This document shows, one piece after another, positions 1 through 13,200 of a stretch of DNA of 64,000 bases (the stretch's first letter is position 1; the number at the start of each line of letters is the position of its first letter). This DNA comes from Mobula hypostoma (Eukaryota). Location: contig NC_086108.1 in assembly GCF_963921235.1 (NCBI RefSeq), positions 74,462,001 to 74,526,000 on the forward strand, written 5' to 3'. The translations under genes and the position numbers were made by a program. The notes beneath the pieces are model-generated. The model was not told the DNA's origin. It was given only the letters and a program-made list of their open reading frames with translations, and made no database searches.

Positions 1-2869
1 CAATTACCCGGTTTCCTGCATTAATTATTCACTGTGGTCTGATCTTTATCCAAGTCACAATAGACACATACAATTTGCCTAAACTAACAACACACAACCA
101 ATTGTACTTTTCAGGTCTTTATTGAACACAGGTTAGTCATTCAGTCCAGGCTGAAGAAAGTAAGTGAACTCCTGTATTTAATAAGTGGTAGAACCTCCTG
201 TAGCAACAATAACTTTCAAATATTTCCTGTAGTTGCAGATTAGACTTAAATAGTGAGGAGAAATTTTAGACCATTCCTCCATACAAAACTATTTCAGTTC
301 ATCAATATTTCTGGGATACAGGTGTCCCCCACTTTTCAAACGTTCGCTTTACGAAACCTCACTGTTACGAAAGACCTACATTAGTTCCCTGTTTTCGCTA
401 ACAGAAGGTGTTTTCACTGTTACGAAAAAAGGCAGCGCGCGATAAAAGGCAGCACGCACCCCGACCAGCTGCTCTCCCCGGATTTGGAACGGCAGTCTAG
501 CCGGCATTGCTTAAACATGTGCCCGTGAGCAGCCGTTTGCAAGATGAGTTCTAAGGTATCGGAAAAGCCTAAAAGAGCTCGTAAGGGTGTTACACTTAGC
601 GTAAAACTAGACATAATTAAGCCTTTCGATCGTGGTCAATGAAGTAAGGACAAAGTGAGTTTGGCTTGGGGAAGTTGACGAAGATGATGTTGAAGAGGTT
701 TTAGCATCCCATGACCAAGCACTGATAGATGAAGAGCTGATGCAATTGGAAGAGGAAAGGATAACAATTGAAACTGAATGAGTAATGATAAGGGTACGTC
801 AGTTTAGGGCATATTTGTAGGATGGTTTGAGTCCGTACAAAGCACTGTATGATCTAAAAAATGCACAAGGCTAAGCAGTCAAGCAAGCCTTCCACATCGG
901 CCACAGCAGACAACAAACCTCGATCTTCGACATCCATGGCGGGCAATCATAGGAGAAGATGAGCTGCCTGCCCTAATGGAAATAGACGACACCCCAGTGT
1001 CCCACCACCCCAAACCCCAGGCCGTGGACAGATACCAATTCGCGGAGAATGCTGCAGTAGCCGGGAGACACACAGCACATCTTTAAGAAAAAAGCCGAAA
1101 TAAACTTGCTAATTATTTAGGTGCCACCCAGCACATAATTGTCGGCCCAGATCAGAGGCAATGCAATCGGCAATCGCCTCTGATCTGGGCCGACATTTAC
1201 GTGCCGGGTGGCACATAATTAATTAGCATGTTTATTTTGGCTTTTTTCTTAAAAGTGCTGTGTGCCTCCCGGCTACCGCTGTACCCCTGCATGCTTCACT
1301 GATCGGTATCGGGTCGCTACCTGGAGGGTGGGGATCACTGCACAACCCCAACCGCCAACTCAGTCTCATCATCATTAGTGTGCTCGGCACTGTCCTCCCG
1401 ATTCCCGCAAGTGATACTACACTGTACATACATTATTTCTACTTTATATAGGCTGTGTATTTATCATATCATTCCTGCTTTTACTATGTTACTGTTATTT
1501 CAGGTTATTTTTTGGGTCTGCGAACGCTCACAAAATTTTCCCATATAAATAAATGGTAATTACTTCTTCGCTTTCCGACATTCCAACTTACGAACTGTTT
1601 CATAGGAACACTCTACCTTCGGATGGCGGGGGAAACCTGTACTACACCTCGCATGAACAGCTCTCTTCAGGTCATGCCACAGTATTTCAATTGGGTTAAG
1701 GTCTGAATTCTGACACAAATTTTCTTTTTAAACCATTTTGTTGTTTATTTACTTGTGTTCTCTAATCATTATCTTGTTGTATCATCCAACTTCTATTAAG
1801 CTTCAGGTGACAGACTGCTACCTTGACATTCACCAGTAAAATGTCTGATACAATTTTGAATTCATTGTTCCTTCAACAACTGGAAGCTGTCCAGACCCTG
1901 AGGCAGCAATGCAGCCCCAAACCATGATGCTCCTTCCATCATGTTTCAGTTAGAATGAGATTTTGGTGTTGGTGTACAGTGCCCTTTTCCTCCAAACAGT
2001 ACGCATTTCTGTTTTCTCCAAACAGTATGCAAGTTCAACATCTGTCTCTTCTGTCCACAGAACATTGTTCCAGAAGCATTGTGGAACATCCAGGTTGTAT
2101 TTTGAAAATTTGTGCAGCAGTGTTTTCTTTGGAGAGCAGTGGCTTCCTCCGTGGTGTTCTTCATGAGCACCATTCTTGTTCAGTGTTTTTCTTACAGTGG
2201 ACGCAGAGAGACTTTAGCAAATTTTAGAGATTTCTGTTAGTCTTTTGCTGTTACCTTTGGGTTCTTTTTGAACTCCTTTAGCATTGTTCATTGTGCTCTT
2301 GGTGCAATCTTTGCAGGACACCCATTCCTAGGGAAAGTAGCAACAGTACTGAATTTCCTCCATTTGTAGACAATTTCTCTTATTGTGGACTGATGAACAC
2401 TCAGGTCTTTAGAAATGCTTTTACAGCCTTTTCCAATTTCATGTAACACTACAATTCTTCTAAGGTCCTCTGAAAGTCTGATCGAGGCACAGTGCACATA
2501 AACAGATCTATCTTGAGAAGAGCAGGCTCTGTCATTAACCCAACTTTGTCTTTTCTATAGAGCAGGCTACCTCTACAACCCACACCTCTAATATCATCCC
2601 TTGATTGGAACATCAGACTCCAAATAGGTTTGTAAAAGGTTTCAGCCTGAAACATTGACTATACTCTTTTCCAGAGACGCTGCCTGGCCTGTTCCTCCAA
2701 TATTGTGTGTTGCTTGGATTTCCAGGATCTACTGATTTTCTCTTGATTGTGTGGTTATTAGCTTAGGCAGATTTTTAGTCTATTATTGTGGCTTAAATGA
2801 AGATCAGACCACAGCTTTGAGTAATTAATGCAAAAAATTTGCAAAGGGTTCACAAACTTTTTGCAACTG
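1..2869 (-). mobile_element. Tc1/mariner DNA transposon, decayed; left TIR runs off the window; interrupted by a Tigger element (319-1639) and a Penelope terminal fragment (~2636-2750)
   Basis: Right end ...gggttcacaaactttttgcaactg|TA. Minus-strand Tc1 HTH fragment (LSEDLRRIVVLHEIGKGCKSISKDLSVHQSTIREIVYKWRKF, 2288-2497). Collinear with the second copy at 16830-18073. Confidence 0.88.
319..1639 (+). mobile_element. Tigger/pogo-family non-autonomous deletion derivative
   Basis: TA flanks at 317-318 and 1640-1641. Imperfect TIRs CAGGTGTCCCCC / GGGGGAAACCTG. N-terminal CENP-B-like fragment MSSKVSEKPKRARKGVTLSVKLDIIK (from 544) joined to an acidic C-terminal fragment EVDEDDVEEVLASHDQALIDEELMQLEEE. 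The host Tc1 rejoins across it. Confidence 0.85.
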
Positions 2870-2871
2870 TA

Positions 2872-4532
2872 TGCTCCAGTCCTCACAAAATGAATGCTAA
2901 CATTGCACTTGCCTTTATCACCAGTGACTAAGCCTTCAAATTAACCTTTAGGGAATCCTGCATGAAGAAGCTCACGTCCCTTTGCACCTCAGAATTTTGA
3001 ATTGTCTCTACATTTATAAAATAGACTATACATATTTATTCTACCAAAATGCATGAACACTTCCCCACACTATTCCATCTGCCACTTCTGTGCTCATTCT
3101 CCTAATCTATTCAAGCCTCCTTTGATTCCTCAACACAACCTATCCCTCCAGCTATATTTCATCATATACAAACTTGGCCACAAAACCATCAATTCCATCA
3201 TCCAAGTCATTGACACACAACATAAAAAGAATCAGTCCCAAAAGACCTCTGTAAAACACTACTAGTCACCAGCAGCCAACCAGAAAAGGCTCCCTTTATT
3301 CCCTCTCCTTGCCTCCCACAAATCAGCTAGTGCTCTATCCATGCTAAAAGCTTTCTTGTAATTCCATGGGCTCTTAAATTGTGCAGCAGCCTCATGTGTG
3401 GCATCTTGTCAAATGTCTCCTGAATATCCAAGTAAATAACAACAACCAATTCTCCTTTGTCTATCCTGCTTGTTATTTTTTCAAAGAATTCTTTCAGTTT
3501 TGTCAGGCAAGATATTCCCTTCAGGAAACAATGATGACTACAACCTACTTTATCATGTGCTTCCAAGTACCCCTAAACCACATTCTTAACAATCAACTCC
3601 AACATTTTCTAACCACTGAGGTCAGACTAACTGGCCTATAATTACCCTTCTGCCTCTCCCCCTTCCTGGAGAGTGGAGTGACAATTGCAATTTTCCAGTC
3701 CTCCAGAACCATCTAGAATCTAGTGATTCGTGCAAGATCATAACGAATGCCTTCATAATCTCTTTAGCCAGCTCTTTCAGAACCCTGGGGTATATTTCAT
3801 CTGGTCCGGCTGACTTACCTATCTGCAGACCTTTCAGTTTTCCAAGCACCTTCTCCCTAGTAATGGCAACTTCACTCATTTCTGCCCACGACAATCTTAA
3901 ACTTCTGGCATACATACTGCTCATCTTCCACAGTGGAGACCGATGTAAAATACGGATTCAGTTTGTCATTTCCTTGTGGCCCCCCACCCCACCCCCTTAC
4001 TTCCCTTCCAGCATAATTTTCCATTGGTCTTGTATCTATTTGTTGCCTCTTACTCTTTATATCTGAAGAAACTTTTGGTATCCTCTAATATTATTGGCCA
4101 GCTTACCTTTGTATTCCATCTCCCCTCCCCAACCTCCCCCCCATATAAAAGTTACCTTCTGTTGGTTTTTAAAAGCTTCCCAATCCTCTAACTTTCCACT
4201 AATATTTGCTCTATTATATGCCTTCCTTGGCCTTTATGTTGGCTTTGATTTCTCTTATCAGCCAGTTGCATCGTCCTATTTTTAGAATACTTCTTTGGGA
4301 TGCATTTATCCTGTGCCTTCCAAATAGCTCCCAGAAATTCCAACCATTACTGCTCTGCTGTCACCCCTGCCAGCAATCACTTCTGATCAACTTTGGCCAG
4401 CTTCTCTCATGTCTTTGTAATTCCCTTTAGTCCACTGTAATAGTGATACATCAGACTTTAGCTTCTGTCTCTCAAATTGCAGGGCGAATTCTATCATATT
4501 ATGATCACTGTTTCTTAAGGGTTCCTTTACCT
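2872..4532 (-). mobile_element. CR1 LINE ORF2 remnant (continues at ~6480-6970)
   Basis: Minus-strand RT fragments (KSAGPDEIYPRVLKELA; SCLTKLKEFFEKITSRIDKGELVVVIYLD..FDKMPH). Confidence 0.85.
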
Positions 4533-6346
4533 GTTCTTAGGGAAAGGTACAGAAGAAATGTGGCAAATGTTCAGGGGATATTTGTGTGGAGTGCTCATAG
4601 GTATGTTCCAATGAGACAGGGAAGTTATAGTAGGGTACAGGAACCGTGGTGTACAAAGGCTGTAGTAAATCTAGTCAAGAAGAAAAGCTTACAAAAGGTT
4701 CAGAGAGCTAGGTAATGTTAGAGATCTAGAAGATTACAAGGCTAACAGGAAGGAGCTTAAGAAGGAAATTAGTAGAATCAGAAGGGGTCATGAGAAGGCC
4801 TTGGTGGGCAGGATTAAGGAAAGCCCCAAGGCATTCTAAAAGTATGTGAAGAGCAAGAGGATAAGACATGAAAGAGTAGGACCTATCAAGTGTGATAGTG
4901 GTAAAGTGTGTAAAGAACCAGAAGAAATAGCAGAGGTACTTAATGAATACTTTACTTCAGTATTCCCTATGGAAAAGGATCTTGGTGATTATAGTGATGA
5001 CTTGCAATGATGACTGGCTGTCTACAAGAAGGGTCAGAGCCGTCTATTTCCTGAGGAGACTGAGGTCCTTTAACATCTGTCGGATGATGCTGAGGATGTT
5101 CTACGAGTCTGTGGTGGCCAGTGCCATCATGTTTGCTGTTGTGTGCTGGGGCAGCAGGCTGAGAGCAGCAGACACCAACAGAATCAACAAACTCATTCGT
5201 AAGGCCAGTGATGTTGTGGGGATGGAACTGGTCTCTCTGACGGTGGTGTCTGAAAAGAGGATGCTGTCCAAGTTGCATGCGATCTTGGTCAATGTCTCCC
5301 ATCCACTACATAATGTACTGGTTGGGCACAGGAGTACATTCAGCCAGAGACTCATTCCACCGAGATGCAACATAGAGCGTCATAGGAAGTCATTCCTGCC
5401 TGTGGCCATCAAACTTTACAACTCCTCCCTTGGAGGGTCAAACACCCTGAGCCAATAGGCTGGTCCTGGACTTATTTCCTGGCATAATTTACATATTACT
5501 ATTTAACTATTTATGGTTTTATTTATTATTTATGGCTTTATTACTATTATTTATGGTGCAACTGTAACGAAAACCTATTTCCCCGGGATCAATAAAGTAT
5601 GACTATGATTATGAACTGAAAAGCTTGAGCATGTAGATGTGAAGAGAGAGGATGTGCTAGAGCTTTTGGAAAGCATCAAGTTGGGTAAGTCGCCAGGACC
5701 AGATGAGATGTACCCCAGGCTACTCTGGGAGGCAAGGGAGGAGACTGCTGAGCCTCTGGCGATGATCTTTGCATCATCAATGGGGACGGGAGAGGTTCTG
5801 GAAGATTGGAGGGTTGTGGATGTTGTTCCCTTATTCAAGAAAGGGAGTAGAGGTAGCCCTGGAAATTATAAACCAGTGAGTCTTACTTCAGTGGTTGGTA
5901 CGTTGATGGAGAAGATCCTGAGAGGCAGGATTTATGAACATTGAGAGGTATAATATGATGAGGAACAGTCAGCATGGCTTTGTCAAGAGCAGTTCATGCC
6001 TTACAAGCCTGATTAATTTTTTTAATTAGGGATGTGACTAAACATATTGAAGGTAGAGCAGTAGATGCAGTGTTTATGGATTTCAGCAAGGCATTTGACA
6101 AGGTACCCCATGCAAGGCTCATTGAGAAAGTAAGGAGGCATGGGATCCAAAGGGACATTGCTTTGTGGATCCAGAACTGGCTTGCCCACAGAAGGCAAAG
6201 AGTGGTTGTAGACAGGTCATATTCTGCATAGAGGTCAGTGACCAGTGGTGTGCCTCAGGGATCTGTTCTTGGACCCTTACTCATCGTGATTTTTATAAAT
6301 GACCTGGATGAGGAAGTGGAGGGATGGGTTATTAAGTTTGCTGATG
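4533..6346 (+). mobile_element. CR1 LINE ORF2 remnant inserted into the older minus-strand CR1
   Basis: KSPGPDEMYPRLLWEAREE..YKPVSLTSVVG; VDAVFMDFSKAFDKVPH; SGVPQGSVLGP..KFAD. Confidence 0.88.
5010..5613 (+). mobile_element. Rex1/Babar-like (L2-group) LINE 3' fragment inserted into CR1
   Basis: YFLRRLRSFNICRMMLRMFYESVVASAIMFAVVCWG...RHRKSFLPVAIKLYNSS C-terminal domain. AATAAA plus (TATGAC)n tail. Confidence 0.8.
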
Positions 6347-6470
6347 CCAATAGGCTGGTCCTAGACTTATTTCCTGGCATAATTTACATATTACTATTTA
6401 ATTAAATATGGTGCAACTGTAACAAAAACCAATTTCCCCCAGGGTCAATGAAGTATGACCATGACTATGT
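6345..6470 (+). repeat. Second copy of the Rex-like LINE 3' UTR/tail
   Basis: Near-identical to 5451-5613 (gccaataggctggtcct..cttatttcctggcataatttacatatt...atgactatg). Confidence 0.8.
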
Positions 6471-6479
6471 ATTGTGCTG

Positions 6480-6970
6480 TAAGTTTTCTTTGCAACTTTT
6501 TAAATCAATTCCAGTTCACTGAAACACACACAGTCCAGAATAGGTGATTCCATAGTGTGCTCAACTATGAGCACTAAAAAGTCACCTCGTAGGTATTCTA
6601 GAAATTACGACTTTTGGGATTTAGCATCTACCTGATTTTCCCAAACTACCTGCATATTGAAATTCCACCCCCCCCCATGACTATTGTAACATTGCTCTTT
6701 TGACATGCATTTTCTATCTCCCTTTGTAATTTCTAGCCACATCTTTACTATTGCTTGCGAGGTCTATACAACTCCCATCAGGGAGTTTTAAAACCTTTGC
6801 GTTCCTTAGCTCTATCCACAATGATTCTACACCTTCCAATTCCACGTCACCTGCAAGGATTTGATTTCTTTTTTTAAAAAACCAACAAAGCCACACCACC
6901 CCCTCCATGTGCCTGATCTTTCAATACATGTGTATCCTTGCTTGTTAAGCTCCTAGCTATAATCTTTAGA
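6480..6970 (-). mobile_element. CR1 LINE endonuclease-region remnant
   Basis: Minus-strand VESLWIELRN fragment. Continues the 2872-4532 element. Confidence 0.7.
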
Positions 6971-7337
6971 GTCACAAATGAGGCAGATTGATAATAAATT
7001 GAGATTAGTCAGCAGTAAGTTTTTGTAGAAACTGACAGGCAAAGTCTATGTAGGTCAACCTACATTTGATTCACTAATACAACCCCACGAAATAAATTTT
7101 GGCCAAGCAAGCAAAATTTACATTAACCGTTCAATATTTAAAGTTGATTTAATTATAAAATTGTGCCTGTCATAAATTTTTTTTTTTTATAAATCATTCC
7201 ACAGAAAAGGAAAGCAAACACTTCTTCTCCAAACTGTGCTCCATGTAGGTCTAGAAACAATGTGCAGCATAAACTAAGCTTAAGTACCAAACTGAAGCAA
7301 CTTCTAAACGCTCAAAAATAAAATTCTAGGTACTAAC

Positions 7338-7468
7338 CATCTACATTCTCTGCATTTTCTATTTTGGGGCCCTCGGCTGTTGCTGTTTCTTGATCATCTT
7401 CATCCTCATCATCATCTTCATCATCAGGAACTCCTTGAAGGGCATTGCCAAGCACACCCCTCTCCATT
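7338..7468 (-). CDS. NASP: NASP (nuclear autoantigenic sperm protein, histone chaperone), 4th coding exon detected (131 nt)
   Basis: ttgcag|...|gttag. Translates (R)MERGVLGNALQGVPDDEDDDEDEDDQETATAEGPKIENAENVD, matching vertebrate NASP MENGVLGNALEGV. Phase 2 in, phase 1 out. Confidence 0.93.
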
Positions 7469-7911
7469 CTGCAAGAGATTAACTGTATTCTGTAGTTCAG
7501 ATTCTGTAAGATTTTTCTTTCAAATCCCTTTAACCCAAACTCTCTACATCAAGTTGTAATAATACCAGAAAAAGCTACTGTAACAATCAGACCTACGATT
7601 GAGGAACCCAAACAAATGTGACCCATATTCCAAATTGAATCCAGATTCAAACCCAAAGCCTCTAAACTTTCTGCTTATTATCTACTTCATGGCTGATTTT
7701 TTTTTTAAATGAACATAATGTTTAAAACTGTTGGGACTATGCTATACAAATTGATGTGGGGAAGAAACGAGTGAAAATCCTTAACAGGCAAAAAATCCAC
7801 CATGGCTTAAAAAAAATGTATTTTGATTGCTTTTAACCAATGACATGTTTTGGAATGAGATTTTTGTTCCATTTTCTTCCCAAATGTTAGTGATCAGATT
7901 GGTCAACTAAC

Positions 7912-7992
7912 CTTGCCAACTCTAGAAGAGCTTTTCCATAACAGAAGTAGGCTTCTCCACATTCATCAGCTATTTCTCCATGTGCAGTACTC
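7912..7992 (-). CDS. NASP: NASP 3rd coding exon detected (81 nt, SHNi-TPR region)
   Basis: ctag|...|gttag. STAHGEIADECGEAYFCYGKALLELAR vs human [27 protein letters not shown]. Confidence 0.95.
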
Positions 7993-8744
7993 CTAGTTGT
8001 TTGTAAAAAGGGGAAAAGATCACTTTCAAGCACAAATCAGAACAGCAAACAAACCCAATAAATACACATTAGTAAGATATGTCACAAAAGACAACTTGTA
8101 CATATATGACCTATTAAGGCACCCGTCTTGAAACCAAAAACCTGAAATGCCATTCTTCATTGGAACTTGCCAGGTTAAGCAAGCTTCAGTTAAGTGGAGC
8201 AAGTAAAGTGGAGCAAATTAAGGGTTGCAGTCTTAACACTTAAGTACCAGTAATCTCAAAAAATTCTGCTAGTCTGGCAGTAAAGTCCTAAGCATGCCCA
8301 AATAGCAGTTTTACTCTATTCAGGGTCACAAGTTTCAGACAGGCTGTCTACACCTCCTCCTGATTCAGTAAAGTAGCCCTGAATCAAAAACACCAGACAT
8401 TCTCTCCCCCCCCCCCCCATCAAGTAGAAGATACAAAACCCTTAAAGTAAAACTAGGCTTAAGGACAGCTTCTACCCTGCTGTCTAACTAGGGAACTCTT
8501 GAACAATTTCCTAGTGTGACAAGATGAACTCTTCACCCAGTCTCTCTCACTATGGCCTTGCACCTTATTGTCCGTCTGCACTTTCTCTGTAGCTCCAACA
8601 CTGTTACTACTTTAACTTGGACAACCTCAATGTACTGTTATAATGAACTGATTTTATGGTTGGCATGTAGTTTTTCCAGTGTGCCTCCCTACTTGTGACA
8701 ATAATAAACCAATTTACGTCCATGAACTACCACAATATACTTAC

Positions 8745-8852
8745 AACAGCCTGCATGCATCCTGAAAGGCATTGACAGCTGCTGCAAAGTCTTCCATTAC
8801 CATGTGCCTTTTGCCAGCCCCAAGTAACTTCATAGCTTCCACTCCATCAGTT
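8745..8852 (-). CDS. NASP: NASP 2nd coding exon detected (108 nt)
   Basis: ttatag|...|gtaagt. [36 protein letters not shown] vs human [32 protein letters not shown]. Confidence 0.95.
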
Positions 8853-9115
8853 CTATAAAATAAAAGGTGTTGTTAATTAAGCAAATCTGTTTTTGACAAG
8901 GATTTACCACTTCCACATGCTTAAAACAAGAATATCTACTTGAAAATTGAGAGAAATATCTATTTTGGCTTTTTAAAAACCCATAATCACAATCTAAAAA
9001 TAAATGAAACCACAATTACCTTCCCTTAAAAAAAGCAAATCCTAAGGTTCTTAATAGAATTTTTCAGGAGCAATCCATTGTTGATTATCACTGCCTAAAT
9101 AGTGACCCATTAGAG

Positions 9116-9192
9116 CAGGGGTTCCCAACTTTTATGCCATGGAGCCTTACTATTAACTGAGGGGTCCATGGACCCCAGATTGGGAACCCCTG
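9116..9192. mobile_element. hAT (Charlie-type) MITE, 77 bp
   Basis: TIR CAGGGGTTCCCAA / TTGGGAACCCCTG. Perfect 8-bp TSD CATTAGAG (9108-9115, 9193-9200). Confidence 0.92.
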
Positions 9193-10226
9193 CATTAGAG
9201 CAGCCCACTGTGATAGAAAGAGAAAAAACTAGACAAGCTTTCATACATTTAAATCCCAATATGCACAATAACCCATGAGTGGTTGACAAGTGTGACACTT
9301 GCTAAGGAGGTAACTGTTTAAACTTAAAGCACCTGAACAAAATAGATTTGCATTTGGATCCAACAAGATTTGAGTATTTTCCTGTTCTGAAAAGGCTAAA
9401 ATGTTGGATAAACCAATTCTGAATCAATGGCTTTCTACTTCAATTCAGAACATTGCTGTATCTTTGTGCCAACATACACAATGCAACTGTAGAACGGAGT
9501 GATTACATCTTGTGCATTAGTTTGACAATTTCACAGAATGGGACATTTATGGACCAGGATAACCATTCTGCAAATCTCTCCTGTGATGGCTCACCTTCCC
9601 ATGCTCATTCGAGCAGACAGTTACAGCATCAAAAATAAACTTCAATAGCATTTCAAAAGATAAGGAATTTTAAAATGTAACGAGCATTTCTGGATCCAGA
9701 GAATCCCGAGGCTAATTTCTCACTTCTCTAATCCATCTCCAAATTATTTAAACTATGAAGTAAACTGCCACTGAGAATGGGAAAGCTATTGTATAATTTT
9801 AAATCCCATTCGATCACCCACTTCATACTCAAGAGAATTACAGCTCAACCAGTCTTTCCTTCAATAAATAGACAACTTTTGACAACATCCTCAAACTCCT
9901 CTGACCCATGTCTCTTATCAGAATCTTTCTGCAACATACCCTTTTGAAGGCAGTGATGGTTTCAACAAACCACTCACTCTGAATTTCAGACCACATAACA
10001 AAAAAGAATTGAATTAACACCAGTTGATCCTTTGAGCCTGCTCTGCCATACAACATGAACATAAATAACCTACCTCAATACCATACTTCATGGAAGATAA
10101 GGGACTGGAGTGTAGAGGAGTTTCACCAGAATGTTGTGTGGATGGCTTTTGGGAGTCTGGGCTCATTTTCCTTTGAGAAGGCCAAGAGGTGATCTGATTG
10201 AAGTTTGCAAGAACTTTACAAGATTA

Positions 10227-13200
10227 CCTATATACTAATAAAACTCTCATGCTGTCTGTCTGTGACCTCCAATTAGTGCAAACGGTGCATTACAGTAGCA
10301 CTTGATTTGGCTAAATCAAATTAAAATGCGCTAACTTACAGAATGCAGGCAAAGTTCAGGGTTATATATTTGTATAAAATTGCTCATTCGCCAAAATCAA
10401 CAGGCTCCCTCTTAACCCGCAAGCTGATCCACCATCATGGAAATCGAGACGCGACAGCCCGACGCATGCGCACAGCCAGCCTCAGCAGCGACACCTACCG
10501 GAGCAAAAGGGCAGGGCATCTCTATTTTGAAGGGTCACATTCTGCTAATCACCATCAGCATGTGCAGGATTGGGGCAGATCTAACTGCCACCCATCAATA
10601 ACAGATAATTAAATCTTATTGTAATGACGTATTTCAAGACACGCATAAAACCCTTTGCTGCAGTCAAAGGACAACGGTGACTATATCACGTCTATTTAGG
10701 AGAGCGCCAACCACATCAAGAATAGAGAATAACTGTCTCAACTTCACCACACCTTGTTCCCATTCCAACCTCACTCCTTCCGAACGCTCTGCTCTCCACT
10801 CCCTCTGCAATAATCCTAACCTATTTAACCTACCGATAAGTGGGGTGCTGTTGTAGTCTGGCGTACTGACCTCTACTTTGCCAAGGCACAGCGATAACTC
10901 GCTGATACCTCCTCTTATTTACCCCTTGATCATGACCCCACTAAGGAGCACCAGGTCATTGTCTCACACACCATCACCAATTTTATACACTCAGAGGATC
11001 TCCCACCACTGCTACCAACCATATCGTTCCCACATCTCGCACTTCCCACTTCTACCTCCTACCCAAGATCCACAAACCTGCCTGTCCAGGTAGACTCATT
11101 GTCTCAGCTTGCTCCTGCCCCACCGAACTCATTTCTGCATATCTCGACACTGTTTTATCCCCCCTGGTTCAATCCCGTTCTACCTATGTTCGTGACACTT
11201 CTCACGCTCTGAATTTTTTTTTGATGATTTTAAGTTCCCTGGCCCCCACAGCTTTATCTTTATTTTCACTATGGATATCCAGTCCCTATATACTTCCATC
11301 CCCCACCAGGAAGGTCCCAAAGCTCTCCACTTCTTTTTGGATTCCAGACCTTACCAGTTCCCCTCTACCACCACTCTGCTCCGTCTAGCAGAATTAGTCC
11401 TCACTCTTAATAATTTCTCCTTTGGCTCCTCCCACTTCCTCCAAACTAAAGGTGTAGTCATGGGCACCCATATGGGTCCCAGCTATGCCTGCCTTTTTGT
11501 TGGCTTTGTAGAACAATCCATGTTCCAAGTCTATACGGTTATCTGTCCCCCATTTTTCCTCCACTACATTGACGACTGCATTGGTGCTGCTTCCTGCATG
11601 CATGCTGAGCTCATTGACTTCATTAACTTTGCCTCCAGCTTTCACCCTGCCCTCAAATTTACCTAGTCCATTTCCGACACATCCCTCCCCTTTTTTGATC
11701 TTTCTGTCTCTATCTCTTGAGACAGCTTATCTACTGATGTCTACTATAAGCCTACAGATTCTCACAGCTACCTGGACTATTCCTCTTCTCAACTTGTCTC
11801 TTGCAAAAATGCCATCCCCCTCTCGCAATTCCTCCGTCTCTGCCGCATCTGCTCTCAGGATGAGGCTTTTCATTCCAGGACGAAGGAGATATTCTTTTTT
11901 GAAAGAAAGGGGCTTCCCTTCCTCCACCATGAACTCTGCTCTCAAACGCATCTCTCCAATTTCACGCACATCCGCTCTCACCCCATCCTCCACTAGCAAT
12001 AGGGTTCCCCTTGTCCTCACCTACCACCCCACCAGCCTCCGGGTCCAACATATAATGCTCTGTAACTTCCGCCACCTCCAACGGGATCCCACCACTAAGC
12101 ACATCTCCCTCCACCCCCGCTTTCCGCAGAGATTGCTCCCTACACGACTCCCTTGTCCAATCATCCCCCTCATTCCTTCCCACCGATCTCCCTCCCGGCA
12201 CTTATCCTTGTAAGCGGAACAAGTGCTACACATGCCCTTACACTTCCTCCCTCACCACCATTCAGGGCCCCAGACAGTCCTTCCAAGTGAGACGACACTT
12301 CACCTATGAGTCAGCTGGGGTGATTTTCTGTGTCCGGTGCTCCCGACGTCGCCTTCTATATATTGGCAAGACCCGACACAGGCTGGGAGACGGTTACGCT
12401 GAACACCTACGCTCTGTCCGCCAGAGAAAGCAGGATCTTCCCGTGGCCACACATTTTAATTCCACGTCCCATTCCCATTCTGATATGTCTATCCTTGGCC
12501 TCCCTCCTCTATTGTCAAGATGAAGCCACATTCAGGTCAGAAGAACAACACCTTATTTTCCGTCTGGGTAGCCTCCAACCTGATGGCATGAATATTGACT
12601 TCTCTAACTTTGGTTAATGCCCCACCTCCCCTTCGTACCCCATCCGTGATTTTTCTCTCTCTCTCTCCCGGCCCCCCTTCTCCCTCTGTCCCTCTCACTA
12701 CACTCCTTGCCCATCCTCTGGGCTTTCCCCTTCCTTTCTCCCTAGGCCTCCCATCCCATGATCCTCTCATATCCTTTTTGCCGATCAACTTTCCAGCTCT
12801 TAGCTCCATCCTTCCCCCTCACGTCTTCTCCTATCATTTCGGATCACCCCTCCCCCTCTCAAATCTCTTACTATCTCTTCTTTCAGTTAGTCCTGGCAAA
12901 GGGTCGCGGCCTGAAACGTCAACTATATCTCTTCCTATAGATGCTGCCTGGCCTGCTGCATTCACCAGCAATTTTTATGTGTGTTGCTTGAAATTCCAGC
13001 ATCTGCAGATTTCCTTGTGTTTGCGTTTCAAGAATAATCAGCATCCTTTGGTGTTATTGCTTCGTATCTTCTATTCAGCATTAGGGTAAAAAAAAATGGT
13101 CAGCCTAATTATGCTGTGTGGAAAGGGAAGGGGGACATTATGGTCAAGAGATGATGCCAAACGTCATCAGGAAGTGGCAAGAAGGAGAGAACAAGAATCG

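Noticed and set aside
4943-5458. 171-aa ORF as a host gene
   Set aside because: Chimeric read-through from CR1 into a Rex-like LINE C-terminus.
12595-13089. 164-aa Pro/Leu/Ser-rich ORF
   Set aside because: Pyrimidine-rich Penelope 3' UTR; the frame is not preserved in the sister copy at 49800-50234.
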